A DNA stretch of 64,000 nucleotides from Candidatus Eiseniibacteriota bacterium (GTDB lineage Bacteria > Eisenbacteria > RBG-16-71-46 > CAZAMP01): the NCBI GenBank assembly GCA_965224245.1, contig OZ245046.1:1952001-2016000 (forward strand), read 5' to 3'. Shown piece after piece: positions 53,123 through 62,500 of this stretch (position 1 is its first letter; the number at the start of each line of letters is the position of its first letter). The notes under the pieces were generated by a model. That model did no database searches and was not told the origin of the DNA. It saw only the letters and a list, made by a program, of their open reading frames with translations. The translations under genes and the position numbers were made by a program.

Positions 53123-54109
53123 TCAGATCACCCGGACCAGCTCGATCCGTTGCCCGGGACTCTCGACGTTCCGCTCGTCGACGGATCGTCCCACGGCCAC
53201 GAGATCGCCTGCCGGATCCAATAACTGCACCAACTGCTCCCCCTCGGGAACAGCATTGAAGTCCAACATGTCGGCCGGGGACGGATAGCCGCCGCACCGG
53301 ACCTTCCGGACGCCGCTGGGCGTGAGACGCAGAGCCACGAACGACTCCAGTGCCTCGGACAGCGAGAGCCCGTGTCGCGCGAGCGCCTCGCGTGGCGACA
53401 GCTGCACCAGGGACTCCAGCGTCGCCGCGTGCTCGATCGTGCACGATCCGATGCGCGTGCGGCGGAGCCCCGAGAGATGCGCTCCGACCCCGAGGCGCGC
53501 GCCGAACTCCAGCGCGAGCGTGCGGACGTACGTGCCCTTCGAGCAGCTCGTGCGGAACCGCACGTCCGGGGGCTCATGAGACAGTACCTCGAACGCGTCC
53601 ACGCGGATCCGTCGAGACGCGCGTTCGACCTCGATTCCTCGCCGGCTCAGCTTGTAGAGCGGCGTCCCCTTGTGCTTGACGGCCGACGTCATCGGCGGCA
53701 CCTGATCCTGCTCGCCCACCAGCGACTCCGCCACGCGGCGGACGTCGGCCTCGGTCACGTGGGCCACGCTCTCGGTGCGGGTGACGTCGCCGTGCGGATC
53801 TCCCGAGGACGTCTCGACGCCCAGCCGGAGAACCCCCTCGTACTCCTTGTCGAGCGCGGACAGCATCGGAAACAGCTTCGTGGCCCGCCCCACGAGCATC
53901 AGGAGCAGACCGGTCGCGAACGGATCGAGCGTGCCCGCGTGGCCGATCCGCTTGATGCCGAGGAACCGACGCAGCTGCAGCACGACGTCGTGAGACGTGC
54001 ACTCCTCGTGCTTGTCGATCAAGAGTACGCGGTGCGCCATGGCCCCCAGGGCGGCCGATGCGCCGGAGCCGGGCTCGGTCCGGCGCCGGGTGGCCGACGA
54101 TCCCGTCAT
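53123..54109 (-). CDS. truB: tRNA pseudouridine(55) synthase
   Basis: TSHDVV, GHAGTLDPFATG, QVPPMTSAVK and CSKGTYVRTLA. Confidence 0.97.
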   Translation of the reverse strand: MTGSSATRRRTEPGSGASAALGAMAHRVLLIDKHEECTSHDVVLQLRRFLGIKRIGHAGTLDPFATGLLLMLVGRATKLFPMLSALDKEYEGVLRLGVETSSGDPHGDVTRTESVAHVTEADVRRVAESLVGEQDQVPPMTSAVKHKGTPLYKLSRRGIEVERASRRIRVDAFEVLSHEPPDVRFRTSCSKGTYVRTLALEFGARLGVGAHLSGLRRTRIGSCTIEHAATLESLVQLSPREALARHGLSLSEALESFVALRLTPSGVRKVRCGGYPSPADMLDFNAVPEGEQLVQLLDPAGDLVAVGRSVDERNVESPGQRIELVRVI

Positions 54110-54543
54110 CGCGCACGCTCCTGCCCGGCGTCCACCGCCGACGCGTCGTCGTCCGGGGCCTCCGACCCGTCCCCGGCGTCGTCTCGACGGGCCTCGCCGA
54201 GCAGCGCCTCGATGCGGGACTGGGCCGCGAGCCGGTCGTCGTGGACGACGCGCAGCTCGGGGACGTGGCGCATCCGCATCACGCGTCCGAGCTCGGTGCG
54301 CAGGAACCCTGCCGCGTTCCGCACGATGTCCACCCGCTCGCCGTCGGGGATGTCGCCCTCGCCGATCACGGTCACCCAGACCGTGGCCACGCGCATGTCC
54401 ACGTTCAGCTCGACCTCGGAGATCGAGATCATCCCGACGCGCGGATCGCGGACCCGTCGCTGCACCAGCTCGTTCAGGCGGCGGCGCATCTGATCGGCCA
54501 CGCGCTTGCGATGCTGGTCGTGTCGAGACTGATGAGCGCTCAA
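54106..54543 (-). CDS. rbfA: Ribosome-binding factor A
   Basis: RVADQM...RDPRVG..ISEVEL..DMRVATV...AAGFLR...MRHVPEL; expected position in the operon. Confidence 0.93.
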   Translation of the reverse strand: MSAHQSRHDQHRKRVADQMRRRLNELVQRRVRDPRVGMISISEVELNVDMRVATVWVTVIGEGDIPDGERVDIVRNAAGFLRTELGRVMRMRHVPELRVVHDDRLAAQSRIEALLGEARRDDAGDGSEAPDDDASAVDAGQERAR

Positions 54544-54565
54544 TCGAAGCTCCCGCCTCCGGGCG

Positions 54566-54862
54566 TCACTCGAACGACCACGGAACGACGTCCTGTCGAT
54601 AATCGACGATTTGTCCCTCTCGGGAGCCCTCGGCCACGCGACGTATCGCGCGGAGCGTCTCCTCGAGAACGCCGGGATCGCCCCCGACGATCGCGACCCC
54701 CATGGTCGCTCGCTGCCAGCGATCGTGATCGTCGATCTCGCTCACGGCCGCCGCGTAGCGGCTGCAGATGCGGCCCTTGATCGAGTTGACCACCGACCGC
54801 TTGGCCTTCAGAGACCCCGAATGCGGGATGAAGACCGTGAACTCGGCCACGCCGACGAACAT
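54566..54862 (-). CDS. DUF503 (YlxP) family protein
   Basis: SLKAKRSVV..IK...AVSEIDDHDRWQ; lies between infB and rbfA. Confidence 0.92.
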   Translation of the reverse strand: MFVGVAEFTVFIPHSGSLKAKRSVVNSIKGRICSRYAAAVSEIDDHDRWQRATMGVAIVGGDPGVLEETLRAIRRVAEGSREGQIVDYRQDVVPWSFE

Positions 54863-57049
54863 CTACGAAATCTTGCGGAAGACCTCTTCCGTCTCGAAGA
54901 ACTGTATGACGTCCCCTACTTGCAGCTTGTCGAAGCCGTCGAGGCTGATGCCGCACTCCAGACCCGATTCCACCTCCTTTACCTCGTCCTTGAAGCGCCG
55001 AAGGGAGCGAATGCGTCCGGTGTACACGACCTCGCCCTCCCGGAGCACGCGTGCCCGCGAGGTCGCGGTGGCTCGCCCGCTGGCCAGGTACGACCCGGCC
55101 ACGGTGCCCTTCTTCGGGATCCGGAACAGCTGCCGGACCTCGGCCTCCGCGCGCACGTGCTCGATCTCCTCGGGCTTCAACAGGCCTTCCATGGCGAGCT
55201 TGAGGTCGTTCACAGCCTCGTAGATCACCTCGTAGATGCGGATCTCGACCTTCTCGCGCTCGGCCGCCTCGGTGGCCCGGGGCTCGCGCTTGACGTGGAA
55301 GCCGAAGATGATGGCGCTGGACGCCGCGGCCAGAAGCACGTCCGACTCGTTGATCGTGCCCACGCCGCGGTGCACGATGCGCACCTGGACTTCCTCCATC
55401 GAGAGCTTCTCGAACGAGTCGCACAGCACCTCGACCGAGCCCTGGGTATCGGCCTTGACGATGATGTTGAGCTCCTGCATCTCGCCGGACTCGATGTGCT
55501 GGCGCAGGTTGCCGATGCCGACCACGCGACGCATGCGCTGCTCGCGCGTGATCTGCTGGCGCTTGGTCACGATCTCGCGCGCCTGATGGTCGTCCTTGAG
55601 CACCTGGAAGCTGTCCCCGGCCTGCGGGATTCCCGACCAGCCGAGGATCTCGACCGGCGTGGCCGGACCGGCCTCGGAGATGCGCCGTCCGTGGTCGTCC
55701 TGGAGCGCTCGCACCTTGCCGCCCACGGCCCCACACACGAACGCGTCGCCGACGTGGAGCGTGCCGTCCCCGACGAGCACCGTGACCACCGCGCCACGTC
55801 CCCGGTCCACGTGCGCCTCGACGACCACGCCGCGGGCGCGCTTCGACGGGCTCGCCACGAGCTCCTTCATCTCGGCGACCAGGAGGAGCATGTCGAGCAG
55901 AGCGTCGATGCCCTCGCCCGTCTTGGCCGAGATGTCGGCGAAGACCGTGTCGCCGCCCCAATCCTCGGGCACCACGTTGTGCTGGGCGAGGTCCTGACGC
56001 ACACGCTCGGGCTTGGCGTCGGGAAGATCGATCTTGTTCACGGCCACGACGATCGGGACGCCGGCGGCTCGGGCGTGATTGATCGCCTCGAGCGTCTGCG
56101 GCATGACGCTGTCGTTGGCGGCCACCACCAGCACGACGATGTCGGTGACCTCGGCGCCGCGGGCCCGCATGGCCGTGAACGCCTCGTGACCGGGGGTATC
56201 CAGGAAGACCAAACGTCCCTTCGAGGCCTGGACCGCGTAGGCGCCGATGTGCTGCGTGATCCCGCCGGACTCGCCGGCAACGACCTTCGTCTCTCGGATG
56301 TAGTCCAGAAGCGACGTCTTGCCGTGGTCGACGTGTCCCATGACCGTGACCACCGGCGAGCGCGTCACGAGCTCGGCGTCCTCTTCCTCGGCCACGATGT
56401 CCTCGATGACCTCGGCGCCGTACGCCTGTCCGAACTCGATCTCGACGTCCATCTCGCCCGCAATGAGCTCGATCACGTCCTTCTCGAGACGCTTGTTGAT
56501 GTTGGCCATGATCCCGAGCATCAGGCACTGCTTGATCAGGTCGTTGGCGTCGACGTCGAGCGCGTTGGCCAGCTCGCCGAGCGTCATGAACTCGGTCACC
56601 TTGATCGGCGCGTCACTCTCGACGACGGTGGCGCGCTCCTTGCGGGTGCGCTTGCCCTTGCGCTTCTGGCCGCCCATCGTCGCCAGCGTCTCGCGCACGT
56701 TGCGCTCGACGGCGGCCTGATCGACGCCCCGACGACGCCGATTGCGCCGGCGCTTCTTCGCGTCCTTCTTGAGCGGATCCGCCGCGGGCGTGGCCGGCTT
56801 CGGCGGCTCGACTTTCTTGCGCGCGATCTCCGCCTGCACCTTCTGCTTGCGCTCGGTGTCCTTTCGAACCGCCTCGCGCTGCTTGGACAGATTCTCGCGA
56901 ATCCGGAGCATCGTGGGCTCGTCCACGGTGCTCATGTGGCTTTTGACGTCGATCTTCATCTCATGTAGAAGCTTGACCAGCGCCTCGCTAGACAGGCGAA
57001 GCTCTCGGGCCAGCTCGTAGACACGGACTTTCTTCACGGTCACCCCCAT
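54863..57049 (-). CDS. infB: Translation initiation factor IF-2
   Basis: [41 protein letters not shown] and [12 protein letters not shown]. Confidence 0.98.
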   Translation of the reverse strand: MGVTVKKVRVYELARELRLSSEALVKLLHEMKIDVKSHMSTVDEPTMLRIRENLSKQREAVRKDTERKQKVQAEIARKKVEPPKPATPAADPLKKDAKKRRRNRRRRGVDQAAVERNVRETLATMGGQKRKGKRTRKERATVVESDAPIKVTEFMTLGELANALDVDANDLIKQCLMLGIMANINKRLEKDVIELIAGEMDVEIEFGQAYGAEVIEDIVAEEEDAELVTRSPVVTVMGHVDHGKTSLLDYIRETKVVAGESGGITQHIGAYAVQASKGRLVFLDTPGHEAFTAMRARGAEVTDIVVLVVAANDSVMPQTLEAINHARAAGVPIVVAVNKIDLPDAKPERVRQDLAQHNVVPEDWGGDTVFADISAKTGEGIDALLDMLLLVAEMKELVASPSKRARGVVVEAHVDRGRGAVVTVLVGDGTLHVGDAFVCGAVGGKVRALQDDHGRRISEAGPATPVEILGWSGIPQAGDSFQVLKDDHQAREIVTKRQQITREQRMRRVVGIGNLRQHIESGEMQELNIIVKADTQGSVEVLCDSFEKLSMEEVQVRIVHRGVGTINESDVLLAAASSAIIFGFHVKREPRATEAAEREKVEIRIYEVIYEAVNDLKLAMEGLLKPEEIEHVRAEAEVRQLFRIPKKGTVAGSYLASGRATATSRARVLREGEVVYTGRIRSLRRFKDEVKEVESGLECGISLDGFDKLQVGDVIQFFETEEVFRKIS

Positions 57050-57050
57050 C

Positions 57051-58598
57051 TCAGCTGGCTCCCCGCTCGGGCGCCTCACTCACTTCGGCTCCCGCGATGG
57101 TCGACTCCTCGGTCGACTCGTCGCCCGTCACCTCGGGGATCGCGACGGGATCCGCCTCGGAGGCGGTGGTGGTATCGTCATCGGTGGACCCGCCGGCGTC
57201 GCCGTCGGCGGCGTCGACCGGCTCGTCGTGCGTGATCGACGGGGCGGTCTCGGACTCGCCGCTCGCGAGCTCGGGCGTGCCCGGCTCGCCATCATCGTCG
57301 GCCTCGGCGCCGTCGACCTCGGCGCCTCGCTCGGCGCGGACGGCCGCGAGACGCGACTCGTACAGCTCACCGACGGCGTCCAGCACCTTCTGCGCCGTCT
57401 TGGGCCCGATGCCCTCGATGGCCTGGAGGCCGTCGGTGTCGGCCCTCAACACGTCGCGAGCGGTCTCGAGTCCCGCCTGAATCAACCACTCCGTCACCCG
57501 GGGTCCGATCTCCTCGGTGAGATCCTCGATGTCGAAGTCGGCGACATCCTCGTCGTCGCGTTCCTCGACCACCTGTTGATCGCTGACGAGCTCGATGTTC
57601 CATCCGGTCAGTCGCATGGCGAGGCGGACGTTCTGGCCGCCCTTGCCGATGGCCAGCGAGAGCTGGTCCTCGGCCACCACGACCGTGACCGCCCCCTGCT
57701 CCTCGTCGATGTCGACGCGCTGGACCTTGGCCGGGCTCAGCGCCCGGGTCACGAAGAGCGCCGGATCCGACGACCACGGCACGATGTCGATGCGCTCGCC
57801 GCCGAGCTCGCGGACGATGTTCTGAACGCGTGAGCCCTTGACCCCCACGCAGGCGCCGACCGCATCGACGCGATCGTCGTGCGAGTACACGCCCACCTTG
57901 GAGCGGCTACCCGCCTCGCGCGCGATGGAGCGGATCTCGACGATGCGCTCGGAGATCTCGGGAACCTCGTTCTCGAACAGACGGCGCAGAAAGTCGGGAT
58001 GGCTCCGCGACAGGACGACCTGCGGGCCCTTCGAGAGGCGATCCACCTCCATCAACAGCGCCGTGATGTGATCGCCCTGCCGGAAGCGATCGCGATGCAG
58101 AGCCTCGCGCTCGGGGAGAATCGCCTCGATGGACTCGACCTGCACGAGCACGTTGCGCCGATCCACCTGCTGGACGATGCCGGTGATGAGCTCACCCTCG
58201 CGGCCGTGGAACTCGGCGTACACGCGATCGCGCTCGGCCTCGCGCACGCGCTGAACGAGGACGTGCTTGGTCGCCGACGCCGCGCTGCGGCCGAGCTCGG
58301 TGACGTCGAGCTCCTCGACGAGCTGATCGCCGATGCCGAGCGCCGCGTCGATCTCGCGCGCGTCCTCGAGCTGGATCTCCTGCGCCTCGTCCGAGACGTG
58401 ACCGACGACGGTTCGAATGCGCTTTCCCTCGATCAGACCCCGGTCCCGGTCGAAGTTCATCTCGATGTTGGACGACGGGCCGTACCGACGCCGCGCGGCC
58501 TGGAGCATGCCGGCCATCAGCGTCTCGATCAGGACCTCGCGATCGACGTTCTTCTCGCGTGCTATCTGATTAAGAGCTTCCAGAAGCTCGTAGTTCAT
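57051..58598 (-). CDS. nusA: Transcription termination/antitermination factor NusA
   Basis: [25 protein letters not shown] and [13 protein letters not shown]-terminal HhH and acidic tail. Confidence 0.97.
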   Translation of the reverse strand: MNYELLEALNQIAREKNVDREVLIETLMAGMLQAARRRYGPSSNIEMNFDRDRGLIEGKRIRTVVGHVSDEAQEIQLEDAREIDAALGIGDQLVEELDVTELGRSAASATKHVLVQRVREAERDRVYAEFHGREGELITGIVQQVDRRNVLVQVESIEAILPEREALHRDRFRQGDHITALLMEVDRLSKGPQVVLSRSHPDFLRRLFENEVPEISERIVEIRSIAREAGSRSKVGVYSHDDRVDAVGACVGVKGSRVQNIVRELGGERIDIVPWSSDPALFVTRALSPAKVQRVDIDEEQGAVTVVVAEDQLSLAIGKGGQNVRLAMRLTGWNIELVSDQQVVEERDDEDVADFDIEDLTEEIGPRVTEWLIQAGLETARDVLRADTDGLQAIEGIGPKTAQKVLDAVGELYESRLAAVRAERGAEVDGAEADDDGEPGTPELASGESETAPSITHDEPVDAADGDAGGSTDDDTTTASEADPVAIPEVTGDESTEESTIAGAEVSEAPERGAS

Positions 58599-58602
58599 CG
58601 AC

Positions 58603-59112
58603 TCAGCCTTTTCGCTTCCACGGATCGATGGCGACCCGTGCGCTCTTCACCTCGGTCAACGGCAGCCGAACGGTTTCTCCGCCGTCCACGCTGACGACGA
58701 TGTGGTCTCCCTGTCGCCCGACGAGCGACCCGGTATACTGCCGGCGCGAGCCGAATGTGTCGGCCATCCGGACGACCACCTGCTCGCCGGTGAACCAGTC
58801 GTAGTGCTCCGGCTTTCGGAGCGGCCTGTCCAGCCCCGGTGACGAGACCTCCAGCACGTACGAGAACGGAACGACGTCCTCGGCGTCGAGGATGTCTTCG
58901 ATCTGCCGACTGATCCGCGCGCAGTCCGCCACGGTGACACCGACCGGACGTTTCCGTCCGTCCTCGTCCACCTCGACGCGATCGACGCGCACGCACACCA
59001 CGCGCCGCTTGCCGCGCGCAATCATCTGGACGTCCACCAGCTCGACGTGTTCGCGTTCGAGCCGCGGCTCGAGCAGCGCCAACACGCGGCCGGCCAGATC
59101 CATCGAGACCAT
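58603..59112 (-). CDS. rimP: Ribosome maturation factor RimP
   Basis: GVTVADCARISR...LD...YVLEVSSPGLDRPL. Start MVSMDLA. Confidence 0.95.
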   Translation of the reverse strand: MVSMDLAGRVLALLEPRLEREHVELVDVQMIARGKRRVVCVRVDRVEVDEDGRKRPVGVTVADCARISRQIEDILDAEDVVPFSYVLEVSSPGLDRPLRKPEHYDWFTGEQVVVRMADTFGSRRQYTGSLVGRQGDHIVVSVDGGETVRLPLTEVKSARVAIDPWKRKG

Positions 59113-59356
59113 GCCCTTTCCGCGAGCTCTGCCGGCGCCGGCGAGCACACCCGCCGGGCACGACGAAAACGCCACCCTCGGGTCTCGATGACCCGCGAGC
59201 GGCCGGAATGCGAGCCCGCTGACGTGAAGCGCCTCGAATGGATGGTGCGAGGTGTCCCCGAGAGGACGCCGCCGGAGGTGCTGAGCTTCATCGATCGCTG
59301 ACCTGGGATCGCCCGAACGCGAGCGCCGTACAGACGTGCCGCTCGGCGCCCGACGG

Positions 59357-59385
59357 AACCTACACCAAGCCCGCGAGGTCGTCAA
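59357..59385 (-). promoter_or_regulatory. Promoter of the rimP-nusA-infB operon (TTGACG-N17-TAGGTT)
   Basis: Near-consensus elements in an AT-richer patch; implies a 5' leader of about 240 nt. Confidence 0.65.
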
Positions 59386-59577
59386 TAGGTCACGTTGTAA
59401 CAGATTGCCAGATAGCCAGTTACGTTCTATTCCCCATTCCCGCGACCGCGCGGGGACGCGGCCGTGGGTCGGACGCCCGGGACGCTCTGGCGTCCTCGGC
59501 GCCCGGGCCGCCGGGCCTGCGGCGGAGCGGTACCCGAACCGTGGATCGGGCGATCTCCGCGTCACGCGCCGGCGGCG

Positions 59578-62500
59578 CTAGAAGCGGAACGATGCGGACA
59601 GGGTCAGCCCGAGGCTCCGGCGCGTATTCGAGATCTTCTTGTTGTCGCGGTTCTCGGTGTACTGGAGCCGCGCATTGCCCTGGACGGTGGACGTGAAGTT
59701 GTACCCGGCGTCCAGCGACACGCGCAGATCCCGGTTGGACTGGGTCAGGCCCGCGTCCTCCAGGAACGCGTTGCTCTCGTTCAGCGACAGACGCTTCTGG
59801 CTGGCGATCGAGATCGATCCGGCCACGTCGATCTGCGTGGAGATCCACCGCGTGGCCCCGAACGGCATCTTCACCCGCCGCCGGTAGTTGATCGTGTGCT
59901 GCACGTCCAGCGAGAAGCTGGAGCGCTCGTCGCGCTGAATCGACTTCGAGGTGGCGTTGTTCGTGGTCTCGCCGACGTTGCGGTCCATCTTGAGGGTCAC
60001 CCGCATGCCGCTCTTCAGCGTGGCGTCGAACTGGGCCAGCGGGGTCCAGTCCGTGGTGACGCGCACGGATCGATCCGGCGTCGTCTGATCTCCGGTCACG
60101 TCCTCCGATCGCGAGTACCGCGTGGAGAGCCCTACGCGCCGGAAGCGCGACTCGAGAAACGGGATGCCTTCCTGCAGCCCGTTCAGCGTGAACTGCAGAT
60201 CCGGCCAGCGCGTCCGATCGCTGATCGAGAGCGTCGGCGACGATATCGATCCGTCGATTCCCTTCTGGATCGTGGTGGTCTCCGACGAGTCGTCGGTGTA
60301 GGTCACCTTCACGTCCAGCGATGCACCCAGCCGCTTGCCGGCCACCCGGATCCGGGAGAGCTTCACGCCACTGGAGAGATTCAGGTTCTGCGTGTCGCCG
60401 AACCGCGACTGATTGGTGTTCAGGGTCCGGATGTCGGAGTCGAGCTCGCTGGTGAGGCCGAGCTGGTAGCTGAAGGACGGCATCCGGTCCACGAGCGAGT
60501 GCCGGTTCGAGTTGCCGTCGGTGTACTGCACGTTCACGTCGAGCAGCGAGACGTTCATGCCGAAGCCCCCGTCTCGCCTCCCCGATGCACCCGGCGTCGC
60601 CTGGCCGTCGTCGTCACGTCCCGCGCGGGAGCGCCCGCGAGGTCCGCCGCCGACCCGACGGCCTCGCGGCTCGTCCGAGCCCGCCTCTTCCTCACCGTCG
60701 GAGTCGACGTCCGCCGGCTTGGGATCGTTGCGCGTGATTTCCCTGAGCCACCGGCCGAAGGCCGAGAGCGGGATCGAAGCGCCGGTGCGAATGGTCGTCG
60801 AGTTCTCGACGGATTGCGGCGTCCGCGTGGAGAATCCCTGATCCGACCGGGAGATCTGGGTGCGGCTGGAGAACCGGCTGCTCCAGTTGATGTTCGGGCG
60901 AAACGGGGCCACGACGCGATTGAACGCCGACGTGAACGCCGCCCCGAGAGGCGATCCGAGTGCACCCTCGCGAATCGGTACGAACGTGTGGTTGAGGCTC
61001 AGCGACTCGGTGCGCTGGGTCTCCAGACCGAGGTCCAGGCCGGCGACCTTCCCCCCCTCCTGCCGGAGGTCCCGGCTCGACGAGAACTGATAGTTGACCG
61101 CCGGCTTCGTGAGGAGCTGATACGACGTGCGCCAGTCGGCGGTGTGCGTCTTGTTCACGTTCTCGTTCGTCAGGGTGAGGGGCTCGTCCACCGACGACCC
61201 CGATCGAGACCAGCGCTTCTGCTCGGACCGGGAAATCGAGGTCGAGGCCGAGAAGTTCTTGGGCAGATAGTCGAGCTGCATCCCGAGCGGCAGCGGGATG
61301 AACCGGTGCCGGGGCGTCGTGAAGTTGTAGTTGATGCCGGCGTTCCACGTCCGGGTGGTATCCGCCCGGTCGGGCTGCTGGTTGCGACGGACGTCCTGCG
61401 AGTAGCTCCCGCTGAAGCCGTCCAGTGTGTATCGCAGGAACGGGTTCCGTGACGGGGAGCGGCTGTAGCTCACCGAGAAGCGCCGCGTGGAGTTCCGGGT
61501 CACGTTCAGGTCGGCGTTCTCCCCGTCGAAGATCAGGTCCGTCCCCGGCCGGAACTTCGGCTCGTTCGTGTTGCGCGAGAACCGGTACGAGACCGGCAGC
61601 TGCAGGCCGAGCCGCGGCACGAAGCGGTCCACGTTCACCGAGCTGTCGAACGACAGCGAACGCGTCTTGACGCCGCCGGCGCGCACCTCCCCCACACGCA
61701 GGAAGTCGGCCTCCTGCCCCGAGTACGAGAAGTTGACCGACCCCAGATCCGAGAGCTTCGTGTCCACGCGGAACTCGCTCGCGGTGGCCGCATTGCGCTG
61801 GACGTCATCGAGACGCAGCTCGTTGACCCAGACCCCGGCGCTGCGCACGAACTCCCCCGACACGTTCTTCGCGCCGAGACTGATCTGACGCACGTCGGCG
61901 AAGGACGGACTCCCCCGGACGACGAGCCACGATCCGTCCTCCTGGATCTCCTTGATGTAGCGTTGATCGCCGGACATCTTCTGCTTGAGCGCACTGAAGC
62001 TCGCGATCGGGATCTCCACCATCGTCCACCCGCCGCCTCGATCGTCGGGTCGGAGCTTCTTGCGGTACTCGTAGTAGTTGAGGCCGTCGGTGGTGCCGAA
62101 CTGGATGAAGAACTCGAGCTCCAGGTCGCCCACCGAAGGGCGGCCCACCTGCGTGAAGAACTCGATGGTGTCGTAGCGCGTGTAGTCCTGCTTCTGAGCG
62201 AACCTCCGATACGCGGTGCCCGAGTACCCGTCGGGGAAGTTCAGCAGGTCGAGAGACACGTACCCCTCGAACTCCTCGCCCTGACGGTCCCGAGACTGGC
62301 GAAGGTCGAACGCCGGCTCGTAGATGTCGCCGTTGTCCTTGTTGTTGACCACCGACACCGCGAACTTCTGACCCAGCGCCAGCTCGCCCGGATCGGCGGG
62401 CTCTCCGGCGGGATTCAGTATGGGCGCCTCGGGGGCTCCGGTCTGCCAGCGGTTTCCGATGAACTCCACGGTGGCGATCTGGATCGGGGCCGCGGCGCCG

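Noticed and set aside
48865-59112. rimP-nusA-infB-DUF503-rbfA-truB-ribF-rpsO-pnp-dut block as a novelty
   Set aside because: Widely conserved housekeeping gene order; the acidic NusA tail and compact IF-2 are ordinary variation.
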